Of a DNA stretch of 64,000 bases, positions 11,909-26,000 are shown in pieces. The notes beneath the pieces were generated by a model. It saw only the letters and a list, made by a program, of their open reading frames with translations. It did not search any database and was not told the origin of the DNA. The translations under genes were made by a program, and so were the position numbers. Source of the stretch: Epiperipatus broadwayi (Eukaryota > Animalia > Onychophora); assembly GCA_028023455.1 (NCBI GenBank), contig JAQFVV010000007.1, positions 12,834,001-12,898,000 of the forward strand. The letters run 5' to 3'. Each line of letters begins with the position of its first letter. The first letter of the stretch is position 1.

Positions 11909-13470
11909 CCTCTGAAACAATTCCAAATACTTGATATGGTATGTACACTAGCAGATTCACACCAAACTCATCACTCCCACAAGGTTCTTTTAGTACCCTC
12001 CTTTTTATTTGATATATAAACCCCCTCCTGAAAAACATAGAAAATATGATTCCAGGAGACTTTGTTTCCAGACTTAAAAAATCAATTAAAACAATAGCAT
12101 ACATGGATGATGTCTTGGTCATCCTACCATCGAATAAATACCTCAACAGGCTATATGAAATACTTGACAGATTCACCAGAACCTCTAACTTTAAGATAAA
12201 CCCAATAAAATCTTCTACCTGGAAAATATAATCAGGGGAAAAGATCAACTCTAAATTCCTGGCAGAACCTCAGAAGTTTTTCGATTTTTCAATTTTTAAA
12301 CCCCAAACTGCAATATCCAAAGAACTACAGGAGATGATTCTACAATCAACCAACAAGATAACAAAAACATTTTTGGAGGTATACCTCTCCCTTCAAGGAA
12401 AGGTAGCCCTTCTAAACATGAAAGTCATGAGTAAGATCTCTTCTTACCTCCCAGTTATAACAGTTACAAAATCTTTTATTAGAAAAATTAACAAACTGAT
12501 CCCAAGATTATTCTGAAAGAGACTCATAGTCTCCATCAATATTAATAGAATGCAGCAACACAGGAAATTGAAAAGAATGTCCCTCCATTCCATACCATCA
12601 ATATTCTTTCAAAAAGCACACTCTCTAATTTACAATCTAATAGAAAAATATGGATACATTTAAATCACAGAGCCTATTCAGCCAACAGATCAACCTCCCC
12701 CTAGAAAAGTGTACTGGCTAAACAAAATACTTCACATCTTGAAACAACATATTAACATATCTGAAGACCTTTTCAAAAACAAAATCAAAATTTGGGAAGC
12801 CCATCAGATTGTTAACCCCCAACCTAACACTGCAAAGCCAGAACTGAGAATTTCAAACTATAGAATTACCTTGCTGTTCAAATACTGGGCTCTTGACCAA
12901 AATAACTAGACTTTCTGGTGAAGATAAATTTGGCAGCTATGGCTGTTCCTCCACTACAAAAGACAGATAAACAGGGTTGATTCAACATGCCCAAACTGTG
13001 AGAGGCATGATTAAAACTTATGATCACATAATACATACATGTATGGGATTAGGAAACACTAAAGGAATAATATATAAAAACTTTAAGGTGGACTTCTACC
13101 AAATCATATCGCTAAAAGACTGTATCCAAACAAGTGACATCCTAACCATAAGACTCTCAATATTTCTTACATATTCCATCTGGCTGGTAAGGTGCAAGAA
13201 ACTATTTACAGTTGCCCACCCAAATGAAGATCATTTTTTTATTCAAGTGATTAAAAAAATCAAGGAAAGGGACAAAACCATGTCAACAAAATTCAAGTTT
13301 GATGAAACATGAAAACTTTTTCAAATTCCACAGTAAACAGTAAAAAGTAATTTCTTATACTAACTCATTACTAAATGTAATACAATTATTTTTAGAATGT
13401 AGCACATGGAATACAAACAGAGAAAAATTTGTAATTTAGGTACATTGTTATTGCCTTAATAAAACTATTT
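11640..13470 (+). mobile_element. 5'-truncated L1/Tx1-like LINE (RT plus C-terminal zinc knuckle), disrupted
   Basis: RT motifs LDLSGAFDTV, LPQGS and AYMDDVLVIL; C-terminal CPNC..HIIHTC knuckle and SIWLVRCKKLF; AATAAA near 13458. Confidence 0.85.
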
Positions 13471-13903
13471 AGAATAAAGCCAAATTTTATTTGATTCAAT
13501 ATAGATATTAAAATAAACACTGCCTATCCACTAAATAATTTGAAATGAAATTATTCTGTCTTCAGGTAAAAGTGTATTGTAAAGGGGATTATTAAAAATT
13601 TTGGATGGAGCATAGCTCTGTATATGAAATGACTTCAACAATTAAGAAATTGTTATCAAATTAATTAATGCTATGAAGTTAATGTCAACTTTTTTCAAAC
13701 TGCTTAAAAGACATTATTAATGTGATTATAAGTCTACCCATCTCATTGTTAGATATTTTAAACAACTTTCCTTCCCAATCATTATATCATAGAATCTATG
13801 GTGGATGTCCCAGACATGCTTATATTGTGGAATGCATTTTAGCACATTAAACCTCTGATTACAAAAAATAAAAGAGGTTCATTTTTGTAAAATAATTTTC
13901 AAT

Positions 13904-14298
13904 CATTAAACATCACATGATCATCATTCTTAATGCTAAAACAAGCTGTTAACACAGAGGCAAAACTATCCATTCAGTAGCAGCATTCAATGCAAGCCAG
14001 AGTAATCAATGGATGCAAGAAGGTTTGCACATAAAATCCTTCATCTAGTGCCTACTTATCCAATATTTTCACACTTTTTTTCTAGCTTGTGACTTTCTTC
14101 TGTGAGGAGCTTTGAATCTGAGAATGATGCAACCTAGATCTCCTTCAGCCACCTTTTACATTTTAGGTTAATAATTTTATTTATAAAGTACATACTCGTT
14201 ACTTAAAGTAATATTATATAGCATTAATAAATATTACTTTTTAATTAATCCATTCTGCGTTGCATTAAGTGGTTCTTCTGTATGGAGAGTTTTGCCTG
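13904..14298. repeat. Subfamily A hammerhead repeat with short inverted piece
   Basis: 13904-14158 matches the subfamily A unit (ribozyme strand minus). 14261-14298 (..GTATGGAGAGTTTTGCCTG) is an inverted partial copy. Confidence 0.75.
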
Positions 14299-14779
14299 AT
14301 GCAGCTGATTTATTCTGCAAGATAAAAGTTTTATATATTTGTAATATCATTTTTTAAAATTTTGTTGCTGGAGAATATTTTCTTAGTAAGTCGATGAGAA
14401 AGGAGTATTGGAGCTCAGAGAGATAGATTTAATTGGATTTGGAAAGATTGAGAAAAATATTGCTAACATTTGGAAAGGGATTCAATATATCAAAATTTTA
14501 AATATTAAAGGAAAAAGTATTTGTGGGTATGTGTTTACTGCAAGAAGCCTTTAAAACTAATCATATTTTAGAAGGTTTTCCTTTTTTTTTTTCAATGTAA
14601 GAAAGAGAGTAATTTATTTAAGAAGAGGGTAATATTTGAGTTGTAACATTAGGGAGCATGTGTTTATCAATCACCATTTACAAAAAAAAAAAAAAAAACA
14701 ACAACATTTTTTTTTTCCCTTTTGTATAAAGAGGTTTGAAGAGTGATAGAAAAACCGTAAATTTAAATACAAAGTAGGT

Positions 14780-17700
14780 GAATTGAAAAAAAAGGAAATA
14801 TAAATTGCATTCATCACACAAAGTATGTATGATGATCAGAAGGAAATTAGGTGTGATTTGGTAGAGTGTACCATATGTGATAAGGATTTCCATTTGAAAT
14901 GCTTAACTAAGACTATGAAGGATGTTGTTTATGGTTATGTAGATTATGTATAAATGTTGATAAAAGTGGTGAAAAAATGGTTTCTATATATAAATAGTTT
15001 AAAGAAAAAGTCAGGAGAAATGGAGAAAAATATAGATACGGATGAAAGTATAGAGTATATTTAATGAAGTGACAAAAGATATGAATAACAAAATAAGTAA
15101 TGCAATGGAGATAAGCAATGAATAAGTAAAATAAAGAAAGCAGTAAAGGATGTAGAAGTAAAATTAAAAACAATAATGAAGTGTGAGCAGATCCAGAAAT
15201 TACTGAAGAGAAATGATATGGAAGTAGATACGGAAGTCCAGAAGGTGGAATATAATGTTACAGAAAAAGTAGGGAATGTAAACTATGAGACATTGTTGAT
15301 AGGGGACTTGCTAATTAGAGGAAGTGCAGATGCAATTGCAAAAGGAAATAGATATGTAAGAGTATGTTTGCCTGGAGCTAGAATTAAGGATATTACAGAT
15401 AAGGTAAAGAAACAGAGGAGTAGAGATGATTATGTTATGATAGAGACAAATAATTTGTCAGAGCTTTGGAGAGAGTAATGGATAAGTACAAAGAATTGAA
15501 TAGTAATTTGAATAAAATTAAAGAAAGAGTAGTTTGATTACTACCAAGATTCAACAATAAGTATGTGTTAGATAAGGCCTGTTCTATAAATGAAAGTTTG
15601 AAAAAATATACAAGTGAAATAATGTTATGTTTGTGGATGTATGGAATTTTTTTATTAATAAGAGAGAGTTATATAGTAAAGATGGATGGGATTTAGCAAA
15701 ACAAGGAAGTGAAGCATTAGGGTATTTGATTTATGAAAGATACTATAGTTTAGACAAATTATAAAGAAGGGGGTAGGTTTTAAATAACAGTATTATCATA
15801 AAGAAGGTGAAGAATGGACAGGATGCAAATAAATAAAGGATAGTTGATTCAGATATAAAAGTAGATGTGGAGAAGCAATGGGTCTGTAAAACTAATGGTA
15901 AACAAGTGAATTACAAAAAGAAAGAATCAAAAGAAATTTATAAGAGGGTAGTAAGAAAGGAAGAAATTGTTGAAATTGGATATTTGAATATGCAAGGTAA
16001 TATGATACCAGAAAAGTGGCTGGAATTAAACAAAGCACTTAAAAATGAAGGTTCTGAGGTATTAGCAGTAGTGAACACACATCTAAAAGAAGAAGAGGAA
16101 CCGACACTGAAAGATTTGATATGGCAGGGAATAAATACAAAAGAAAAAAGGTGTGGTATAGGAGTTATGTCAAAAAATATTTAAATACTGTAAAGTGTCA
16201 AGAAAATTTGTGGTTTGAGAAAAGGTCATGGTACATGGTCACTGGAGATAGTCAAATTATAATAGAGTGAAACAGTAGCATATATGAATGTCTAGTTAAA
16301 GATATATAGAGATTCACAAAAGGAGGGGGAAATATTGGTTATAAAGGATATGAAAGGACATATTGAAGAAATTGATAATGTGGATAACAAGAATGGAAAG
16401 CTTTTAAAAAATTTTTGTCAGAAGTGAATTTGAGCATTAAAAATTTATCTAATATTTACACATGGTTTAGAAATAGTATATTTTACACAATAGATTATGT
16501 ATTAATAAAAAAGAGGGAATGAATAAAGTAAGAAAAATTAAAATGATTGATAATGAAGAGAGACTATGTAATATTGATCATAATTTCTTTATAACATAAA
16601 TAGTTATCAATGTGATGGAAAATAGTAATATAAATAGAAAGGATGTAAAAATTGTGGATGGAGAATGAATGATAAGAATAAGTTAGAAGAATATAAATTA
16701 GAAGTATAAGAGATCATGGAAGAGTTTGTTGGAGATGAATATAAAAACAGAAAAAGTGGCAGTTATGGTTTTAAATGAAAATACTGAAAAGAATAAAAGT
16801 AATAAAAAATGATAATTAGTATAATTGTAAAAGAGAGAGTAAAAGCATGCAGAGGATACAAATGTGCTATTAAAACAAAGAAAGTGAAAAAGATGTTAAT
16901 ATTAAATGGGAAAACTATTTAAAAAAAGAAGTTGGTTAACATAGATAATTATAGAAAGAGAATGAAATTGAATAGTAAATTATTGGAGGCTATTAATAAA
17001 AATGGGAGAGATGGGAGTAAAAAATTGAAATATATTAAGAGAAGGAATGTAGGGAAGAGAGAAATGGTATTACTAAATGATGAAGAAAAAAATGTAGCTC
17101 TAATGAGGAATTAGAGACAATCTTAAATAAGTATGTAATGGATATAGAAAAGATGTTAGATGTGAAGGACAGAGTGATAAGAAACATGAAAGCATATAGT
17201 AATGGAAATATTAATTTTACAGAAAATGAATTGAATGAGACAGGGAAGAAATTGAAAAGTGGAAAGGAAGAGGTTTAGATGGATGACAACAGAAATTTGT
17301 GATGAATTTTGGAAATAGGGCAAAATTAAATCTATTATCATGTTTTAATATGATGGTAAAGAAGGCAAAATTCCCAGATAGTTATTATTTAAAGAAAAGA
17401 GTAAGGACCATAGAAAGTTAAACAATTATAGACTGATAGTGATAACAACAGTGTTATAAATTTTTTTTTGCATAAATGGTGGCTAGAAAGGTGACAAAAT
17501 GGATGGAAAAATATAATGTTGTGAAATAAATGCAAGGTTTTAGAACAGATAGTCATATAGGAAATAGTTTGTTTGTAATCACACAACTTATAGATATGAG
17601 TAGGAATACAGATAGTTATGTATGGTCTTGTAAATAAAGAGAAATTATATGATAGAGTAAAAATAATATGTTAATGGTAATTGTAGTAAATTTTGGAGTG

Positions 17701-19130
17701 AATGATGCTTTAGAGGATCTTATTCAGAGATTGTATGGAAATAATTCCTATATATTTCAATTAGAAAATAGAGAATCAAAATAAAAATGGAGTGGGATTT
17801 AGGCAAGGATGCACTATGCCAACTATTTTGTTTTCTTATATTTGAGAGATGTGAAAATAGCAATAGAAAGACTCAGAAGTTATGTTGAAGTTGTGCATAT
17901 GGGTGAGCAAAGAGATTGGGATTAAATTTAATGAAGAAAAATCAAAAGTAAAGATGATAATTTCTGGGGAAAGAAAAGATATAGAATTTATATAGGGGGA
18001 TATAAAGTTAAATGTGATGAATAGGTATAACTATTTGAGAATCATCTTAAGTAATCATAAAAATTGCTTGGATGAATGGGAGAAAAAATTATAAATGAAA
18101 CAAATAAAGAGAAGGGAATTATAAAACATTAACAGTGTTTTCATATAATAAATATGATGTAGCATATATTGTATGGAAGGGAATGACAGTAGCAGGATTA
18201 ACTTATGGTAACAATACACTATGTGTTAGTAAAAGGGTATTAGATTACATAGAAAAGTTCATAGAGTATGAAGACATGCATTAGGGTGCAGTGAAAAATG
18301 GAATGATCAAGTTTTTATATGAAAGATCAAAAACAAAATGAAAAGATTCAGTTGATTGCATTTTAGGGATTGTAAGACAATAGCCAAAATAGTATTTAAT
18401 TGAAAGACTGGCAAAATGATTGGGGAGAAAGGTAGTATTGTATGCAGAAGATTTGGATTAATACTTTGTCAGTATAATTGTACAAAAGGTGGGATGTTTG
18501 TTATAGGAGAATTGTTGAGTATTATAATGGCAAAGAATGGGGTAGAAAAATAGATGCATTAATAAAAAATAGAGAATCAAAGAGATGGAGAATTAGTATG
18601 AAGAATTAACAAGTTTAAGTATATATAGAAGTAAACAAAATTTTGGGTGTGAGTTAATTTACAATAAGAGCTAGGGAAGCAGTTTACTGTTTAAAGCTCA
18701 AACGGGATTGTTAACAACAAGGGAATATACACATAAATAAAGAAATGTGGGTGATTTAGTCTGCAAGTTATGTGAGGAAGGCATGGAAAATATTAGACAT
18801 CTCTTAAGTGAATGTGAGTATTTACAAGCAGGAAATGTACAAATGAAGAAATTGTAGAAGAATAAATATAAACAAAATGTTTATACGGAAAGTTGTTTCT
18901 TGGTTTATTATACTGGGTTTAAAAAAAATTAAGGGGGATCTAGATATAAAAGCCACAGAGTGGACAAAGATGATGTTGTGGAAATGGTATGGAGTAGAAT
19001 AAAGAAGAATAGGAAAAAAACGTTGGGGGGGGGGGGTGGAAAGGAAAAGTAAAGGGGATAAAAGGTTTCTCTGGGTATAGTGGCTGATAGATTCCTGACT
19101 TTGATAAAGGAAAAGTCATAGCACATCAAA
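14780..19130 (+). mobile_element. Near full-length, heavily decayed LINE with PHD + SGNH-esterase ORF1 and APE-RT ORF2 (CR1/L2- or RTEX-like; clade uncertain)
   Basis: VECTICDKDFHLKC (PHD half, about 14861-14902); LLIGDLLIRG..VCLPGARIKDI (esterase, ORF 15176-15478); IGYLNMQG..LAVVNTHL (APE, 15867-16184); GFRQGC-like RT block near 17795; CKLCEEGMENIRHLLSEC knuckle near 18760. Confidence 0.8.
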
Positions 19131-19629
19131 TGCATTGCCTTTGGGTTTGTAAAATAATATTATAATTTCAGACGAAAAAAAAAACAATTTTCTTTAATAA
19201 TGAGAAGAAAAAATAGCAAAAATCCAAATTCGGTGAATCATAATAAAAAAAAAAATTATATTCTTATTATAAATAAGCATTTTATATTTGTCTATTTTCT
19301 TACATTAATACAGAGTCATTCTATAATTCATTTAACTTTCATCTTATAAGTATTCCTTTGTAAGTTTCACAGTTTTATTATTAATGAAAATTATTTAAAT
19401 CAACGAAAGTGATAAAAAACAGAATGAGGGCAGGTCGGATTGATTGACATTTACTTTAGAAGCATTATCTCCCAATTTTTTTTACAAGTATAAAATACAG
19501 ATTTAATCAATAGAAAATTGTTATAGTTTATATAAAAGAGAGTCTGAAATCCAATCTCACATTTATTTTTTGATGTCCCAGCTTTGACCTGATCAAAGTG
19601 GAAATATCAGTTATATTTAAGAATAACAA

Positions 19630-19900
19630 ATAAATATAGGATATACGTTTAGGGAATTTGGTTATGGTCATTTTTCAAATGTAATTAGCAATATCTTTGT
19701 TCTCTATGTTATATGGTGCACAAGATGTATATTTGTGTTTGAAAACAGTCAAGGAAGACCTAAATGTATTTAGAAATCATCTAGAAACAATAAGAGAAAG
19801 GGACAGAAAGGTTTCCGAATACAAGGTATATATAGAAACCTGGTTAGGACTGTATCAATTCTCAAAGTTATAGAATGATACACTTGCCTCATTAATATTA
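19630..19900 (+). mobile_element. L1/Tx1-like LINE 3' fragment
   Basis: Encodes FVLYVIWCTRCIFVFEN, the same IWxxR C-terminal motif as the LINE at 11640-13470. Confidence 0.5.
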
Positions 19901-20705
19901 TCTGCTATATTTATTGATTAATTGGCTGTATCTATGGTCTATGTCTTAATTAAAGTAAACAAATGTAATCAATGGTTTTTTTTTTTCAAGAAATGAGTAA
20001 AGTATCTTTAAAATATAAAAAATATTCTGCACAACTCCAAACATTAAAAGGCTAGTGAAATCAAAACAGATCCAGAAGTCATGTTAAACATTATTTATCT
20101 TTATTGTATAGTATTTTATACTAAAATTGACATAAATTAATGCATAAAACTATTGCCATATGGTCCATAAACATTGTTCAGTGTTATAATTTTTTTAATG
20201 AACATGATTACTTTATATTATAACCAAATAAATATTAATTTGCTCATTTGTTTTCCATATAACAATTCATATGTGATCCAATGAGATTCCCATTTATTCA
20301 TTTGTTTTATTTATTTATTTTTATTGTCCTTTCTATGAAGTATTTTACAGAACTACTGTTCATAAGCATTAATAATTTTTTCTTCTCTTCTGTTTATTTT
20401 TTACACTCCTAAAAATTCATTAAGAGAAGAAACAGTATTTGTGGCTTTTGAAAAGTGGATACAAAATTGTATCAAAAAAGATAAGATGGAATTATAAGGT
20501 TAGGAATGTGGAAACTTTGGATTGAAGATAATAAATTAAAACTAAAATTACAACATAAAGGAAAAATTGCATTGAACATAAAGTTAGACATAATGTGGCT
20601 ATAAAGGATATACTGAAAAATATTGTGATTTTCAACAGCATGAGCTTTTTTTTCACCAAAGCTACACCATCTTTTATAATCCTTAGCACCTAAGAGATAT
20701 CATTT

Positions 20706-20830
20706 GAGAAGGCATAATAAATCCCTACCCAGTGCAGTTTAATCCAACATCACCAAATTAGTTTCCAGCTAATGGCTTTCATCAGTGAGGAGTTTTAGAT
20801 CTTGAAACAGTATACCTAGACCAAGATCTA
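20706..20830 (-). repeat. Subfamily A hammerhead repeat fragment
   Basis: Reverse complement reads CTCCTCA-CTGATGA-AAGC-CATTA-GCTG-GAAA-CTAATT. Confidence 0.75.
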
Positions 20831-23200
20831 ATGAACTTTCCTTATAACTGCCATCATTTTACCTTTCTGTTTTACTCTATCAATTTATCATCTCAAACTG
20901 AAAAGCTGAAAGATTTTATGATCGATGTAAAAAATAAATGTAGAAAATAAAAGAGACTGAATAATAATGTCAAGAAGATGATTACTTTTATGTAAATGTG
21001 CATTGGACAGAAAGGATTGTGGAGTTGTATTATCAGAAGTTACCTTTCATAAATAACAAACGATGATGATGATCACATTTGAACCATAAAATAATAAACT
21101 TATATAAGTGAATATTGAGATATAAAAAGCGTATATTAAAAAGTAGATAACTGATGTATTCGTTTTAATGTGATATATATATATATTTTTCTCGAAAAAT
21201 AAATAAATAAAGGGGACGTATATTATTAAATTTAAAACAAGTTTGAGCAAAGAAAAAAAGCAATAAATATATGCAGGAATTAAGAAGACGCAAGTAATCG
21301 TTTTCAGTTGATATTACAAAGACAGAATTTATCTTGAGATTGATGTCGTAGGGAAATATTTAGTAGTGGAGATTTAATTAGGAAAATGAAATTGCAACAT
21401 ACCGATCTAAATTAGCTTAATGTGCTGGAATGGTCATTTGTTTTCATTAAGAAAAAATTGAGACATATTTAAATATTCTCAATTATGGCTATTATTATTT
21501 TTCCCTCTCCTCTCTATCCTAGAATTATTTATTAAAAATGCCAGTGGGTCACGTATACTCAGCATTCAAGTTGTCTTGAGATAAACTCTCTCTCACATTG
21601 ATTATTTAAATATAAAACGTAATCTTACAAAGGTTATTTTTAATTCAACCAGTTTTATTTTAATTCTAAATATTCAAATTACCAAAATTTTATATATTAT
21701 TTATCTACACGCACACACTCATTTATATGTTTAGGAGTTTGTGATGTAAACATTAGCGCAAACGCTAGCTATATTTTTCACCTAGAGTTCAAATTCGAAT
21801 GGAGCTTGAAAATTATTTGAAGTCTGTCCAACAAACATATTTTTTTCAGAAACTAGTCCATAGCCAAACAAATTAATTACCTATGACCCATATGCTTCTG
21901 GTTGATAAATGATAAATGGATTTAGTTATTTTAGTTTATATATCAAAACTTCCAGTGAGTATTGATATACTATTTTTTTATTTATTATATGATTGAATTA
22001 TGAAACAGATTTTAATCTTAGTGAAGAATATATCAACATCCCATAAAACCTAGAATAAATCAGATAGTGATTAGAAGTATATAATATTTTACAGCTTATA
22101 GACAAGGTAATGGAGCCACTGTCTTGGGTGCCAAATTGAAATAGAAACTATATGAGAAATTATATTTGAATATATATATATATTTAATAAATGTTTTTAT
22201 TTAATAAATTCGTCATCCATTGACTGCTTTATTGAGTGGATCATTTTAAATATGTCTTTTCAATAATTTTAAAATATGCAAGTTTTAAATCTTGTCTCAG
22301 GTATTAAAAACGATCAGCCACATTCTGCTACCAATTGACTCACTCAAAAGATAATATAAATACAAATGATAATGTAAAGAAAGCTAATTGTAGAAATATA
22401 TGAACCAAATGAGATCTATTCAGATTGATATACTACATTTGTCAATATCCTAGTATTTATATGCTTTGAAAACAGGTTATTAACTGATGCCATTACCAAA
22501 ACTAATAAAGTAGTAGAATGATGTGTACAGAATGTTTTTTATATCATTCTAATGTAATACCATTTAAATCATCAGAGGAAGGGGGTAGATCTAGAAAGAA
22601 TCCTTCAGAACTAAATGTAAAAAAAGTCATGACTGAATGTATAAATGAGAATGGCATTTTCTGATCTCTTATGGAAAGTGTATTTTTGTGTTATACAATA
22701 ACATGATATTTAACTATTAATAATGAAATTATAAAACTACTCTGTTATTATATGAATACAATTATTAAAGTAACATCAAAATATTTATCAAAATCTCTTT
22801 GCAATAATAATATATTATCAACAGTTAAAAGGGGTTACAGAACTGATTACAGTTGTTGAGTCATCAAAAATGTAACAATCTGTGGGTTAGACAAATGATG
22901 TGACCCCTTCTAATGAAACCGAAACTTTCCCAACTATGCTGTCTTATCTTCTGAAAAGACTATTTTTATTTGCTAGTAGCAGATTCTTCCTGCTCTCAGA
23001 TTGAGTTTGCACATATATTAAATAATCAACAATATACATTATTGTCAGCCTAAGTCACAGCTGTGAATTATTAGTTATTCTGAATCAAGTCATATTAACA
23101 TTCATTATCTTCCTCTTATTGCAAACAACTGGATTTAATGAGTCCAACTATATAATCTACTTTCTTGTATTTTTGGCTATTTGTTTATGTTATTGTTGTT

Positions 23201-23441
23201 TTAAACATCACATGATCACCATTCTTTATGCGTACACAAACTGTTTTCCCAGAGTCAAAACTCTCCTTACAGAAGCAGCACTCAGATCCAAGACTCCTCA
23301 CTGATGAAAGCCACAAGCTAGAAACTAGTCTGGGGATATTGGATGAGTAGGCACTAGATAGGGATTTTATGCACAAACCTATCTGCATATATCGATTACT
23401 CTGTCTTGCACTGAGTGGCACTACTGTATGGAGAGTTTTGC
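23201..23441. repeat. Subfamily A repeat with internal strand switch (fold-back)
   Basis: 23201-23277 is in one orientation (..CAAAACTCTCC..). About 23280-23441 is in the opposite orientation and ends ..GGAGAGTTTTGC. Confidence 0.85.
23286..23344 (+). ncRNA. Type I hammerhead ribozyme motif (subfamily A)
   Basis: AUCCAA-gacu-CCUCA | CUGAUGA | AAGC-cacaa-GCUA | GAAA | CUAG | UC / UGGGG-aua-UUGGAU. Core intact, helix I extended across an internal loop, palindromic helix III (ACUAGU), GUC triplet. The 10.1-11.1 pair is a non-canonical A.A. Confidence 0.75.
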
Positions 23442-25355
23442 ATCTGTGCTTCATTGTTTTATTGTAAATTTCTATCTACATACCTCTATAGTTTGGGAAA
23501 ATTCATTTTTGAACCTAACCTTAAGATGAGACATCTAGTTAGTTGATTATGGGTGAAATATATGAAGATAAAAGAAATATATGATCTGCTAGTAACCTGT
23601 AACAATTTTTAAGATTCTTTTCTCCAGAATTAAACTCAGATTGCTGTTAAAATAGTTGAATTACAGGATGACCTATTTTTATGTATTTTTTATTTTTTAC
23701 ATCTTGTAATAAACTATATTTGCAGAACCTTTGATGTTAATATAATGTTTTATTATAATTTTTAAAATTTTTATGAAAATAAATTCTCTTAAAAATATAT
23801 AACTATAATTTTTGTATATGTTATATTTTTCTATTTATTGATATTGTCTTTCTTTTTTTTCTGTTTTTAGGTAAGGTGATTTTTTTTTCCTCAAGAGTTT
23901 AATCAAGAACTAAATACTTTATTAAGGGTAATAATTGAGTTTTATCGATATAATTACTATTGCTAATTATTTCTAATTTTTTTCTTGTTTTTTGATAATT
24001 GAATTTAACAAGTCATATTTATATATATAATTTGCTTGATTAGTTATTAACTTCTATTAATTATGAATCTCTATTTTTCATAAATTATTATTCTGAACAA
24101 AGTAAAACGAATTTACGAATTGTGAAAATAACATCACTATAATGAATAAATTAAAAGTATGCAATAATTAAAAAACTTATTATGTTTATTATTTTTATAT
24201 ATCTCCTGGTCTCAAATCGAGTATAAGTTGTAAACGTATTGTTCATTGATACGTGAAAAATCTTCAACAAAATTCTTTTACTTTTTAAGTATTTTATTTC
24301 CATGAACCCATATACTGCAAAACCTACATACAATATTTCCAACGTTTTAATTATTTTCTTGTAGTTATTGTTAAAGATCTACAAATAAATGTATTACGAT
24401 TCTAATATATTTTTAAACTTCATATAAAAACATCCAATATTTCCAACGTTTCAACTATTTCCTTATAATCAATGCCAAGAATCTACAACATATGAATTGC
24501 AATTGCAGTATATTTTTAAACTTCATATAATAACACCTTTTAGTATCCACATATACTTCATATTATTACATAATATTTTTATATTATATTATTACCCCCC
24601 CCCCTTTTTATTTTCCAACAATCTTATATTACATTTTCACATAAATATATTTATGAACTCAACAAAAATCCTCTTTATTAATGTAAGAGGAGAGTGTTGG
24701 AAAATAATAAGTAGGAGTGAGAGGGAGGAGTAAGTAATAATATAATATAAAAATATGTAGTAAAATAAATCAATGATATACTATAATATAAAATATTTTT
24801 ATAAAATAGTAATAATGTATATAATAATCATACACAAAAAAGCTTTTTTCAGCAAGTATTAATTTTTGTCCTTTTCAATGCACTTTTTTTTAGCAAGAAA
24901 TTTTATTATGAGTTGTAAGAATTACTTTAAGGCAGTAACAGAGTTATGTTGTTAACAGAAACTATAAAAAGGTTACATAAGCCAATACCTATGGTCTGGG
25001 TGTGAAAAATTAGCTGTTCAATCACAAACTGTCCTTTACTACAAGGCTCCATGTAGCATTGTAGATGTATGTTGAAACTAGTTTTTTATCTCTGTTTCTG
25101 ATGGCCTAAAGTTTTGCCAGAAGTAATTTCTTATGGTCAAGCAAGATGTGTCCATAAATGAGAGTGCATCTAGTTTACCAATAAGCAAACAGCAGAAAGG
25201 TTATGATTCTTATGGATGGAAAGATCTGATTAGATATGCTAGAAATCAATTTGGTTAGGAGAGGCACTCTAATTTTGTATATGGATGCGATAAAGTCTCC
25301 GTTCCATTGAAATTACGATCTACCTTGCATACATAATGTCATCTATATGTTTTAA

Positions 25356-25506
25356 AATTAACTATAACCTTTCAAAACCATACAATATTTTTGAGACATA
25401 CAAAAGAAAAAACCTGTGTAAATATATATTAGATAACCCTTCAATCCATTTACACATTTTTTATGTCTTAAAAATACTGTATGGTTTTAATACATTATAG
25501 TTAATT
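25356..25506. repeat. Short fold-back at the truncated 5' end of the PLE RT fragment
   Basis: AATTAACTATAA..AAAACCATACAATATTTTT pairs with AAAAATACTGTATGGTTTT..TTATAGTTAATT. Confidence 0.8.
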
Positions 25507-25560
25507 ATATATATAAAGATAAATGTTGCTATGTATGCAATGTAGATAATAATTCATTAT

Positions 25561-26000
25561 TTAAGGCTTGAACAGAATTGTTAGTAACAAGTGAATATAC
25601 ACATAAATGGAAAAATATGGGTGATTTAGTCTGCAAGTTGTGTAAGGAAGGCATAGAAAATATTAGGCATCTGTTAATTGAATGTAAATGCTTGCAAGTA
25701 GAAAGGGCACAAATAATGAAGTTGTGGTAATAAATGGAGATAAAGTGATTATACAGAAAGTGGGGTTTTTGGTTTTTGTGCTGGGTGTGAAAAAAGATAA
25801 GAGGTATTTAAAATAACAGTGATAGAGTGGGCCAATATAATGTTGTGGGTATGGGATGGAGCAGGATAGAGATGAATATGGGAAAAACTTAGGTGTGGAA
25901 TGGAAAGGGAAGATAAGGTGGCTAACAGGTTTCTCTGGGCATAGTGATTGAGAGATTCCTACCTCTAAGACAGTTGAATCCATAGTGTATCATATCACAT
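25561..26000 (+). mobile_element. 3' fragment of the LINE family at 14780-19130
   Basis: Colinear with about 18700-19130 (CKLCKEGIENIRHLLIEC) and ends in a CATCA-like tail. Confidence 0.85.
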
